A stretch of DNA of 32,000 nt from an uncultured Chloroflexia bacterium (GCA_963704755.1 OY969938.1:1860001-1892000), one strand, 5' to 3'; numbered from the stretch's first letter, positions 6,943-14,352 are shown. The notes: generated by a model not told the origin, from the letters alone. Numbers and translations: made by a program.

Positions 6943-7542
6943 ATGTCTCTGTCACGGCTTTTACCTGCCCAATGGTATGAACAAGATGTAGTTTCGGCCG
7001 CCCGCGCGCTGCTGGGGATGCGCCTGGTGCGCCAGGTGGACGGCCGGCGTATCAGCGGCTGGATCGTCGAAGCCGAGGCTTATCGCGGCGAGGAGGACCA
7101 GGCCTGCCACGCCCGGGTAGGCTGTACCCCGCGCACCCAGGTAATGTACGGTCCGCCCGGCCACGCTTACGTTTATTTCACCTACGGCATGCACTGGATG
7201 TTGAACGCGGTCTGCATGCCGGAAGGTTTCCCGGCCGCGGTGTTGATCCGCGCCATCCAGCCGCTGGAAGGCCTGGATTTTATCGCTGCCCGGCGCAAGG
7301 ACCGCCCGCGGGCTCAGTGGACCGACGGCCCGGCCAAGCTGACCCTGGCCCTGGCCATCGACAAAGCCCTGAACGGGGTCGATTTGACCGGCCCGGCCGG
7401 CGGGCTGTGGATCGAGGAAGGCCAGGCCGTGCCCGACGCGCAGGTGGTCGCCGGTCCACGCATCGGCCTGGGCGCCACCCCCGAGCCCTGGTTGAGCATC
7501 CCCTGGCGCTTCCGCGTGGCGGCTGGATACGAGTTGGGTTGA
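6943..7542 (+). CDS. mpg: DNA-3-methyladenine glycosylase (Mpg/AAG family)
   Basis: Family motifs: GRIVE-type segment ISGWIVEAEAYRGEEDQACHA, then PRTQVMYGPPGHAYVYFTYGMHWMLNAV. The start could be ATG 6943 or TTG 6928. TACAAT at 6931-6936 favours ATG 6943. Confidence 0.88.
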   Translation: MSLSRLLPAQWYEQDVVSAARALLGMRLVRQVDGRRISGWIVEAEAYRGEEDQACHARVGCTPRTQVMYGPPGHAYVYFTYGMHWMLNAVCMPEGFPAAVLIRAIQPLEGLDFIAARRKDRPRAQWTDGPAKLTLALAIDKALNGVDLTGPAGGLWIEEGQAVPDAQVVAGPRIGLGATPEPWLSIPWRFRVAAGYELG

Positions 7543-7611
7543 AACTTGAGCTGCGCTATCCAAAAACGGCAGTCCATAAAAATAAAAAGTCGCTACTCAG
7601 CTACCATGGCG

Positions 7612-7680
7612 GGATCGGGTGTTTTTGATGTTTTTTGTGTGCGAAGCACACAAAAAACATCAAAAACACCCGATCCTTTT
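7612..7680 (+). terminator. Perfect 31-bp hairpin with GCGAAGC apex and a T4 tail
   Basis: GGATCGGGTGTTTTTGATGTTTTTTGTGTGC (7612-7642), loop GAA, then the exact reverse complement (7646-7676), then TTTT. It lies 70 nt after the mpg stop. The stem is much longer than in ordinary intrinsic terminators. Confidence 0.7.
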
Positions 7681-7749
7681 GAACCTGCCTGACCAATTAC
7701 AATAAAACATAAAACACGTAATCCAATTAGCTGGTCTCCTGGCTAATTC

Positions 7750-7835
7750 AAGAATCCCCCACCCCCCTTTGGAAGGGGGCAAGAATTGGCGAGGGGCATT
7801 CCCCCCTTGGCAAGGGGGGCGAAGGGGGGATTCTT
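7750..7835. repeat. G/C-tract rich element foldable as an outer stem plus two hairpins
   Basis: Outer stem: AAGAATCCCCC (7750-7760) with GGGGGATTCTT (7825-7835). Inner hairpins: CCCCCTT-TGG-AAGGGGG (7763-7779) and CCCCCCTT-GGC-AAGGGGGG (7801-7819). Confidence 0.7.
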
Positions 7836-7860
7836 TCCGCCGGACAGGGTGGTTCCCTGG

Positions 7861-8240
7861 TAGCCCGGCATTCATAACCGGGTGCCTGAGTGGGCCGGTG
7901 GGTTGGCGATTGAAATCGCTGCTGCAAGTACACAAAGCCCCACCTTCGTAGGGCTCTCTTTCGACAAAAACCGGTTTCACAGCCGCCATTCCGCCTGGCC
8001 GGCGTTCGCTCGGGTTCAAAACTCGAGCTACTCGACCTGTAGCCCGGCTTTCGAAGCCGGGAGCCTGAGTGGGCCGGTGCGTTGGCGATTGAAATCGCTG
8101 CTGCAAGTACACAAAGCCCCACCTTCGTGGGGCTCTCTTTCGACAAAAACCGGTTTCACAGCCGCCATTCCGCCTGGCCGGCGTTCGCTCGGGTTCAAAA
8201 CCCGAGCTACTTGACCTGTAGCCCGGCTTTCGAAGCCGGG
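7861..8240. repeat. Tandem repeat, 179-bp unit, about 2.1 copies
   Basis: Unit 1 is 7861-8039 and unit 2 is 8040-8218; a partial unit 3 covers 8219-8240. Hand alignment of units 1 and 2 gives about 9 differences out of 179. Each unit contains several GC-rich stem-loops. Confidence 0.95.
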
Positions 8241-8317
8241 AATGTGCCTGGCCAACATAACTCGTTTGACCAGGCCAGGTCCCCGCCCTGGAACACCACG
8301 CTACCGGTTCGATTGGC

Positions 8318-8396
8318 GCTGCGGGCGAAGCTGCCGGAGCCAATACTTGTTCCCTTTCCAAGCCTGCCCGCCGGCAGCTTCGCCCCTACGCCGGAT
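8318..8396 (+). repeat. Structured repeat family F4, copy C
   Basis: Perfect 15-bp stem: GGGCGAAGCTGCCGG (8323-8337) with CCGGCAGCTTCGCCC (8371-8385), 33-nt loop, followed by CTACGCCGGAT. Confidence 0.85.
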
Positions 8397-8446
8397 GCAG
8401 AGCGATAAAAGCACATTCCACCTCATTGCCTTGTTGCCTGATCCCC

Positions 8447-8474
8447 TAATCTCTATTCTCTATTCTCCTTCTTC
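8447..8474. repeat. Heptamer microsatellite related to 2741-2789
   Basis: Reads taatctc tattctc tattctc cttcttc. It ends 18 nt before ATG 8493. Confidence 0.85.
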
Positions 8475-8492
8475 TTATGGTATAACCACAAT

Positions 8493-9143
8493 ATGACCGA
8501 ACTATCTGGGGATTTAATTCTGTTTGGCGGTGGGGGCCATGGCAAGACCCTCATCGATCTGGTGCAGGCGCTAGGCGAATATACCTGGGCCGGGATCATC
8601 GATGATAATATCGCCCCGGGCACAGAGATTTTAGGGATCCCTGTGCTGGGCAACGCCGGCTTGCTGCCCGAGCTGGTCTCGCGCGGGATTAAACTGGCCG
8701 TCAATGGGGTGGGCGGTATCGGCATCCCGGAGGTCCGCCAGGATGTGTTCGACCTGCTGCTCCAGGCCGGCTTCACCTGCCCGAGCGTGGTCCATCCCGC
8801 GGCCCGGGTCGAGCCTTCGGCGCATTTGGACGAAGGCGTACAGGTGCTGGCCCAGGCCTACGTCAGCAGCGCGGCTTCGATTGGGTTTGGCACGGTGATC
8901 AACGCCGGGGTGGTCGTCTCGCACGACTGCCAGATCGGCCGGGTGGTGAACCTTTCGCCGGGGGCCATGCTGGCCGGCGGCGTCAGCCTGGACGATTACG
9001 TCCAGGTCGGGATGGCCGCCACAATTAATTTGAACGTCCGCGTCGGCCTGGAGGCGCGCATCGGCAATGGCGCCACCGTCAAAGCCGACGTCCCGCCCGG
9101 CACCATCATCCACGCCGGCGCCATCTGGCCGCCCCGCGATTGA
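8493..9143 (+). CDS. NeuD/PglD-family sugar O- or N-acetyltransferase (left-handed beta-helix)
   Basis: N-terminal Rossmann-like segment LILFGGGGHGKTLIDLV. The C-terminal half has hexapeptide-repeat character (VQVLAQAYVSSAASIGFGTVINAGVVVSHDCQIGRVVNLSPGAMLAGGVSL...). Confidence 0.85.
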   Translation: MTELSGDLILFGGGGHGKTLIDLVQALGEYTWAGIIDDNIAPGTEILGIPVLGNAGLLPELVSRGIKLAVNGVGGIGIPEVRQDVFDLLLQAGFTCPSVVHPAARVEPSAHLDEGVQVLAQAYVSSAASIGFGTVINAGVVVSHDCQIGRVVNLSPGAMLAGGVSLDDYVQVGMAATINLNVRVGLEARIGNGATVKADVPPGTIIHAGAIWPPRD

Positions 9144-9246
9144 TAGATATCCTTCGCGTTGGGTTGGGTTTGGGTCAATGCAAAATATTGCCTTACCCGA
9201 ACCTTATATCTTGGTAATAAATTTCTCTTCCCCCAGCAATTAAAAA

Positions 9247-9274
9247 ATCTGTGTAAGTCTGTGCTTATCTGTGG
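9247..9274. repeat. Three TCTGTG motifs at exact 10-bp spacing
   Basis: TCTGTG occurs at 9248-9253, 9258-9263 and 9268-9273, inside the AT-rich 360-bp spacer upstream of the bactofilin gene. Related CTCTGTG / GGTGTG / CTCTGTG motifs occur at 9305-9330. Confidence 0.85.
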
Positions 9275-9505
9275 TCAAAACCGTTGGGTTTCGCCAAAAA
9301 TTTCTCTCTGTGAACTCGGTGTGCTCTGTGGTTTTTATCTCTTATCCTTACTTTGTTCTTTTTCTTTTCCTCCAGTGTATGAAATTCTTTTTATGATTAA
9401 ATCCCGGTTTTATGGTTTAATACATAAAGAAAAGCCATATCGGGATGAATAACCCTTTGATCAATTTAAATCCATTTAGTTTAACCTCTGAAATCCTGGT
9501 GAAGC

Positions 9506-9958
9506 ATGTTTCGTAAAACGCCACCCAGCAGTCCGACGAGTGTTGCGCCCATCGAGCGGGTCACTTCTGTGCTGGGACCCGGCATCAACTGGAAAGGCAG
9601 CCTGCAGGGCAGCGGCGGCGTGCGCATCGAAGGCACCTTCGATGGGGAAGTCAGCGTGCGCGGATTGGTGGTGGTCGGTGAGACCGGCCGGATCACCTGC
9701 CCGGAACTGCGCGCCAATACGGTGGTCGTCGCCGGGGCCGTACGCGGTAACATCACGGCCGAAAGGCTGGAAATCCGCTCGACCGGCCGGGTCTGGGGAG
9801 ACGTCACCACCACCTCCTTTGCGACCGAAGAGGGGGCTTTTTTGCGCGGCCAGGTGCGCATGGAAGACCAGGTCGAGTTACAGTTTGAACAGCCTGCGGA
9901 CGAGAGCACTCCCGCTGAACAGCTCCCGCCGGACGATAATACCCATACCGAAGCCTGA
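9506..9958 (+). CDS. Bactofilin family cytoskeletal protein
   Basis: Repetitive beta-helical core typical of bactofilin (DUF583): GTFDGEVSVRGLVVVGETGRITCPELRANTVVVAGAVRGNITAERLEIRSTGRVWGDVTTTSFATEEGAFLRGQVRM. It has a disordered acidic/Pro-rich tail. Confidence 0.88.
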   Translation: MFRKTPPSSPTSVAPIERVTSVLGPGINWKGSLQGSGGVRIEGTFDGEVSVRGLVVVGETGRITCPELRANTVVVAGAVRGNITAERLEIRSTGRVWGDVTTTSFATEEGAFLRGQVRMEDQVELQFEQPADESTPAEQLPPDDNTHTEA

Positions 9959-9969
9959 AGGATTTACCA

Positions 9970-10713
9970 TTGACGATCTCACAATGGGGTGCCCTGGTCA
10001 GCGAAATGTTGGGCGCAATTGCCGTGACCATGCTGGTGGGCCTCAATCCCCGTATCAAGAACCAGCGCCCGCTGGCCTTCAAATATCCACTGCGGGAAGG
10101 CATTATCAGCCTGGTCCTGTTTGCGGTCCTGTTCGGGTTCAATGTACTGGTCGAAAAAGGGCAGGTCGTACCGCCGGCAGCGTTTTCGCCGTCTTCACTT
10201 GCTCCCATCTATCTACAATTGATCGCGGCCGCCGCAGGCGTGGCGCTTTTTGGACTGGCCCTGGCTTACCGGCACCAGCCCATCCGCAGCGCCGGCTGGA
10301 ACCGGGCTCTGCTGAACCCGGCCCTGGAAGCCGGGATCGCGATCGTGCTGCTCTCGATATTCCTGCGTGGGATGATCTCGCGCCTGCTGGCCGGCCTGGC
10401 CGCCGACCAGGGCACAGCGATCATCCTCTTTTTGTTGTTAGCCATCGCCGAAGAGAGCATCTTCCGCGGGTACATCCAGCTCCGCTTGATGTCCTGGCTG
10501 GGCAATTACCCTGGCCTGATACTGACCGCCCTGCTGTCCACATTATGGCAAATCCCGCGCCTGGCCGGGTTGCCATCCCAAACCCTGGCAATTCAGTTGG
10601 GAATTACCCTGGTCCAGGGACTGGTCGCCGGCTGGATGATGCTCAAGTGCCGGCACGTACTTGCTCCGGCGTTCTACCGCGCCATTTCCGCCTGGCTTAC
10701 CTTTTTAGGCTGA
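9970..10713 (+). CDS. CPBP family intramembrane glutamic endopeptidase (CAAX protease/Abi-like)
   Basis: Polytopic membrane protein with the EExxxR motif (AIAEESIFRGYIQLRL). The start is uncertain: TTG 9970 or ATG 10006. Confidence 0.78.
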   Translation: MTISQWGALVSEMLGAIAVTMLVGLNPRIKNQRPLAFKYPLREGIISLVLFAVLFGFNVLVEKGQVVPPAAFSPSSLAPIYLQLIAAAAGVALFGLALAYRHQPIRSAGWNRALLNPALEAGIAIVLLSIFLRGMISRLLAGLAADQGTAIILFLLLAIAEESIFRGYIQLRLMSWLGNYPGLILTALLSTLWQIPRLAGLPSQTLAIQLGITLVQGLVAGWMMLKCRHVLAPAFYRAISAWLTFLG

Positions 10714-10873
10714 CCTCAATATCGATGCCTTATTTAATAATGCTCACCCTGGACTTAATAAGGGGGTGTTTGTTGCTTTAACCGCATTTGGACAGGCGAA
10801 ACAACCACCCCAATCCATTTCCAGGCCGGTTAAACTGTCCCTTTGGTTATTTTTCTCTGCTTAGGAGAGATCC

Positions 10874-12001
10874 ATGCTCAAAAATCACCGCCTTATTATC
10901 TTCCTGGCCAGCGCCTTATTAATGGCCGGCCTGGCGGCTTGTTCTGCGACACCCGCCCCAACAGCGCCGCAAAATACGGCCGGTATGCCTGTTTCCACGG
11001 CCATACAGACCGTTTCCCCTGCGGACCAAGGCAGCCAGGCGACCGCCCTCGCGACCGAAAACCCGGTCGGTTCGACCCTAGCCGGCTCGAGCAGCAGCGG
11101 TGCGAGCGAAACCACCCTGGCCGAGGGTCTTGCGAACCTGGATAGCTACACTTCTGTCTTGAAATTGACCATAAATGGGACCAAAGAGGATGGCAGCACC
11201 ACGCACCAGGAGGTGACCATCACCCAAAAATCTAACCGCAGCCAGAACGCCTCCGATTTTTCCATGAATACGGTCGAAGACCAAAACCCGGCCAAACTAT
11301 ACGAAGTGATCCAGATCAACGGCGACAGCTACATGTTGGGCACCGATAATACCGGCAATTGCCTGTACTTCGGCAGCGAGGACCAGACCAACCCCATGGG
11401 TGCGCTGGGTTTCACCGCTGAAGATATTTTGGGTGCCTTCGAGAAAACCGACCTGATTGCCAAGGGGGAGCAGGTCAACGGCGTCTCGGCCGACCATTAT
11501 AAAGTCGATAGCGGCTTTATCTTTGGCAGCGCCGACCTGACCAGTGGTGAGACCTGGATCAACCCGGACGGGAATTACATCGTCCGCTACACCGGCGCGG
11601 CTGACGTGAAAGACACCGTTGCTCTTACCTCTGCGGATGTCATCTCGGGGCATGTGACCTGGGAGTATAACCTGACCGGCGCCAATGCCCTGGGCGAAAT
11701 CCAGGTCCCGGACGCCTGCCAGCAGGCCGCCAGTACCCTCGCAGGCGTGCCTATCCCGGATAACGCCAGCCAGCGATCTTCGTTTGGCAGCAATATTTCC
11801 TTCCTCAGCCCGGATTCGCTCAGCGCCGTAGCCGACTTCTACCACCAGCAGTTGGCTGCCCAGGGCTGGCAAACCATCGACGACACAAAATCTCCGCAGT
11901 TGATTTCCATCACGGGCAGCAAGGATACCCGCACGATTAACGTGATGATCACCCCCGGCTCGGACAACAACACCTCGGTGTCGATCAGCATCACCCAATA
12001 A
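10874..12001 (+). CDS. Lipoprotein of unknown function
   Basis: Signal peptide with lipobox (LLMAGLAAC), followed by a low-complexity Thr/Ser/Ala linker and a globular domain. RBS AGGAGAG lies upstream of the ATG. Confidence 0.7.
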   Translation: MLKNHRLIIFLASALLMAGLAACSATPAPTAPQNTAGMPVSTAIQTVSPADQGSQATALATENPVGSTLAGSSSSGASETTLAEGLANLDSYTSVLKLTINGTKEDGSTTHQEVTITQKSNRSQNASDFSMNTVEDQNPAKLYEVIQINGDSYMLGTDNTGNCLYFGSEDQTNPMGALGFTAEDILGAFEKTDLIAKGEQVNGVSADHYKVDSGFIFGSADLTSGETWINPDGNYIVRYTGAADVKDTVALTSADVISGHVTWEYNLTGANALGEIQVPDACQQAASTLAGVPIPDNASQRSSFGSNISFLSPDSLSAVADFYHQQLAAQGWQTIDDTKSPQLISITGSKDTRTINVMITPGSDNNTSVSISITQ

Positions 12002-12061
12002 GCGTCAGGTGTCACGTGTCGAGTGCCATGGACGTTGGTTCCGGACACGACGACAATTCTA

Positions 12062-12120
12062 AAAAAGGGGTGTTTGCGGATGCAAAGCATCCGCAAACAC
12101 CCCTTTTTCTTTTTTTTTAT
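12062..12120. terminator. Intrinsic terminator, member of the GGTGTTT...AAACACC hairpin family
   Basis: AAAAAGGGGTGTTTGCGGATGC-AAA-GCATCCGCAAACACCCCTTTTT (12062-12108), followed by a long T run. An A run lies on the left side, so it could terminate transcription in both directions. Confidence 0.85.
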
Positions 12121-12147
12121 CTGTGTTTATCCGCGTTCATCCGTGGT
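12118..12147. repeat. Three (T/C)ATC(C/T)G(T/C)G motifs at exact 10-bp spacing
   Basis: TATCTGTG at 12118-12125, TATCCGCG at 12128-12135 and CATCCGTG at 12138-12145, then GTT. The array starts 10 nt after the hairpin ending at 12108. Confidence 0.85.
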
Positions 12148-12198
12148 TAATCTCCCAAATAGGATGGGATTCGAACGAACCGCGGTAGAATCTACACC

Positions 12199-13383
12199 AT
12201 GAGCAAAACCATCCCACCCCTTGTCCCTATGTCATCCCCGGACCTGACCGACGCTGAACGGCAGGCGGTTCTGTCGGTCTTGAATACCCCCAATCTGAGC
12301 ATGGGCAGCCGCATCGACGCTTTCGAAGAGACCTTTACCAAATTAACCGGCTGCCGCTATGCCATCGGGGTTAATTCCGGTACTGCCGGGCTGCACCTGT
12401 GTGTACGGGCGGCCGGCATCCAACCCGGCGACGTGGTCCTCACCACGCCATTTTCGTTCGTCTCCTCCACCAATGTGCTCCTGTTCGAAGGCGCCATCCC
12501 CGTCTTCGTGGACGTGGACCCCGCCTCCGGCAACATCGACCCGGACAAGGCAGAATCTGCCGCCCGCGACCTGGCCGCCGGTGGGGAGAGGGCTCAAAAG
12601 TGGCTGCCGCGCCGGGGTGCGCCGGCCAATCCCAGGCTCAAGGCCATCCTGGCCGTGGATGTATTTGGACAGCCGGCCGACTTCGACCCGCTCAATGCCA
12701 TCGCCGGCCGTTACGACCTGAAAGTGATCGAGGATTCGTGCGAAGCGCTAGGCGCAACGTATAAAGACCGCCCGGCCGGCACCCTGGGCGATTTTGGCGT
12801 GTTTGCTTTCTACCCGAATAAGCAAATCACCACCGGCGAAGGCGGTGTGATCGTCACCAGCGACGAGACGGCCGCCAATTACATGCGCGCCCTGCGCAAC
12901 CAGGGCCGCGCCCCCGGGGATACCTGGCTGCAGCACACCCACCTGGGCTACAACTACCGGTTGGACGAAATGAGCGCCGCCCTGGGCGTGACTCAAATGG
13001 GCCGGCTGGAAGAGCTGCTGCAAAAGCGCGAACAGGTTGCCGCCTGGTACGGCCAGCGCCTCCCCCGCATTGCCGGCGTCCAGGCGCCTATGCTCGATGC
13101 CAACACCACCCGGGTGAGCTGGTTCGTGTACGTCATCCGCCTCAATCCCGGCCTGGATCGGTCCCGGCTGGCCGCCCGGCTGGCCGAACGTGGCATTCCG
13201 GTGCGCCCCTATTTCCTGCCCATTCATTTACAGCCCTATATCGTGGAAAAATTTGGCTTTCGCCCCGGCGACTTCCCCATTACCGAAGACCTGGGCGAGC
13301 GTGGACTGGCCCTGCCGTTTTCCGGCATGATGAGCGAAGAACAGGTGGACCTGGTCTGCCGGACGCTGGAGGAAGCGCTCTGA
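12199..13383 (+). CDS. DegT/DnrJ/EryC1/StrS family PLP-dependent sugar aminotransferase
   Basis: Family pattern throughout, including the PLP-lysine context FAFYPNKQITTGEGGVIVT and YNYRLDEMSAALG. Length is 394 aa. Confidence 0.92.
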   Translation: MSKTIPPLVPMSSPDLTDAERQAVLSVLNTPNLSMGSRIDAFEETFTKLTGCRYAIGVNSGTAGLHLCVRAAGIQPGDVVLTTPFSFVSSTNVLLFEGAIPVFVDVDPASGNIDPDKAESAARDLAAGGERAQKWLPRRGAPANPRLKAILAVDVFGQPADFDPLNAIAGRYDLKVIEDSCEALGATYKDRPAGTLGDFGVFAFYPNKQITTGEGGVIVTSDETAANYMRALRNQGRAPGDTWLQHTHLGYNYRLDEMSAALGVTQMGRLEELLQKREQVAAWYGQRLPRIAGVQAPMLDANTTRVSWFVYVIRLNPGLDRSRLAARLAERGIPVRPYFLPIHLQPYIVEKFGFRPGDFPITEDLGERGLALPFSGMMSEEQVDLVCRTLEEAL

Positions 13384-13386
13384 AGC

Positions 13387-14292
13387 ATGGTTAGCACGAT
13401 CCCGGCCGTTTTTATGCCGCCCCGCCAACGCGGATTGGTCTACCATGGGGTCGCCCTGCTGGTGTTGGCCGGCGCCAGCGTGCTGACCCTGATCCTGGCG
13501 ATCCAGCGCGGGGTCAGCGGGTCGTTTACCCTGCTCTTGCTGCTTTCGGTATTGTTCTTTGCCCCCCTGCCGCTGGTGATTTACCGCGGCTACGCCCTGC
13601 TGAATGCTACCTATACCATCGAACGGGATGGGCTGCGCATCCGCTGGGGGCTGCGCGCCGAAGACATCCCCCTGCCGGAGATCGAGTGGGTCCGGCCGGC
13701 CTCCGACCTGGGCTTCCACCTGCCCTTACCACCGCTGGTCTGGTCGGGCGCCATCCTGGGAAGCCGGGATGTGTCCGAGTTAGGCCTGGTCGAATTCATG
13801 GGCTCCGATACCAGCCGCCTGCTGCTGATCGCCACCCCCAGAAAGGTGTACGCCATCTCTCCCGAAGACCAACGCGCTTTCCTGCGTTCCTTCCAATATG
13901 CCATCGAGATGGGCAGCCTTATGCCGCTGCCGGCCTATTCGGTCCGCCCGGCTGCCTTTGCCCGGCGGGTGTGGGATGACCGCCCGGCCCGCTACGCCCT
14001 TCTGGCCGGCCTGCTCTTGACCATGGCCCTGTTGGTGCAGGTCTCGCTGGCTATCCCCGGCCAGCAGACCGTTTCGCTGGGTTTCGATCCGCAAGGTTTA
14101 CCCCTGGCCCCGGTGCCGGCCGAACAACTGCTGCTCCTACCGGTATTGGGCCTTTTTGCCTATATTGCTAACCTGGTCGTGGGGGTATTTTTTTATCGCC
14201 GCGAGAATAACCGCCCGATCGCCTTCATGTTGTGGGCCGCTGCCACTTTCACCCCACTGCTATTGATCATCGCCGTCATATTCATCCTCTGA
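13387..14292 (+). CDS. Membrane protein with a bacterial PH-like domain
   Basis: Two N-terminal TM helices are followed by YTIERDGLRIRWGLRAEDIPLPEIEWV..., a YdbS/YdbT-like bPH-type segment. More TM helices lie at the C-terminus. The ATG is 3 nt after the DegT stop. Confidence 0.6.
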   Translation: MVSTIPAVFMPPRQRGLVYHGVALLVLAGASVLTLILAIQRGVSGSFTLLLLLSVLFFAPLPLVIYRGYALLNATYTIERDGLRIRWGLRAEDIPLPEIEWVRPASDLGFHLPLPPLVWSGAILGSRDVSELGLVEFMGSDTSRLLLIATPRKVYAISPEDQRAFLRSFQYAIEMGSLMPLPAYSVRPAAFARRVWDDRPARYALLAGLLLTMALLVQVSLAIPGQQTVSLGFDPQGLPLAPVPAEQLLLLPVLGLFAYIANLVVGVFFYRRENNRPIAFMLWAAATFTPLLLIIAVIFIL

Positions 14293-14352
14293 CCGTCCCA
14301 TGAACGCTTTAACCTGCAATTTTCCTGGACACAGCTTCTCATCGGCCTGGCC

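Noticed and set aside
7861-8240. Possible CRISPR array or type III toxin-antitoxin RNA repeat.
   Set aside because: The units are directly adjacent with no unique spacers. The unit length (179 bp) is far outside CRISPR repeat or ToxI-like sizes, and there are no cas genes or adjacent toxin gene.
7660-8361. 233-aa minus-strand ORF (and 7748..8146, 7882..8214, 8082..8408) with an internal duplication that looks like a repeat protein.
   Set aside because: The duplication is simply the 179-bp DNA tandem repeat read in one frame. Several frames on both strands are open across the same DNA, the composition is not protein-like, and no start or RBS context exists.
9540-10781. 413-aa plus-strand ORF spanning the bactofilin and CPBP genes.
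   Set aside because: It is out of frame with two well-supported genes and crosses their intergenic gap. Its sequence is dominated by Arg, Pro, Gly and Ser, and it has no motif.
12118-12147. The phased TTATCCGTG-like motifs as DnaA boxes, i.e. a replication origin.
   Set aside because: The motif differs from TTATCCACA in the last three bases. No dnaA, dnaN or AT-rich unwinding element is nearby, and the same arrays occur at three separate loci.
12150-12190. tRNA-like fragment (GGGATTCGAACGAACC; the complement reads GGTTCGTTCGAATCCC, which is T-loop-like), considered as a tRNA gene or an integration-site remnant.
   Set aside because: No complementary T-stem, acceptor stem or anticodon arm can be built around it. 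It is too short and isolated to support any call.
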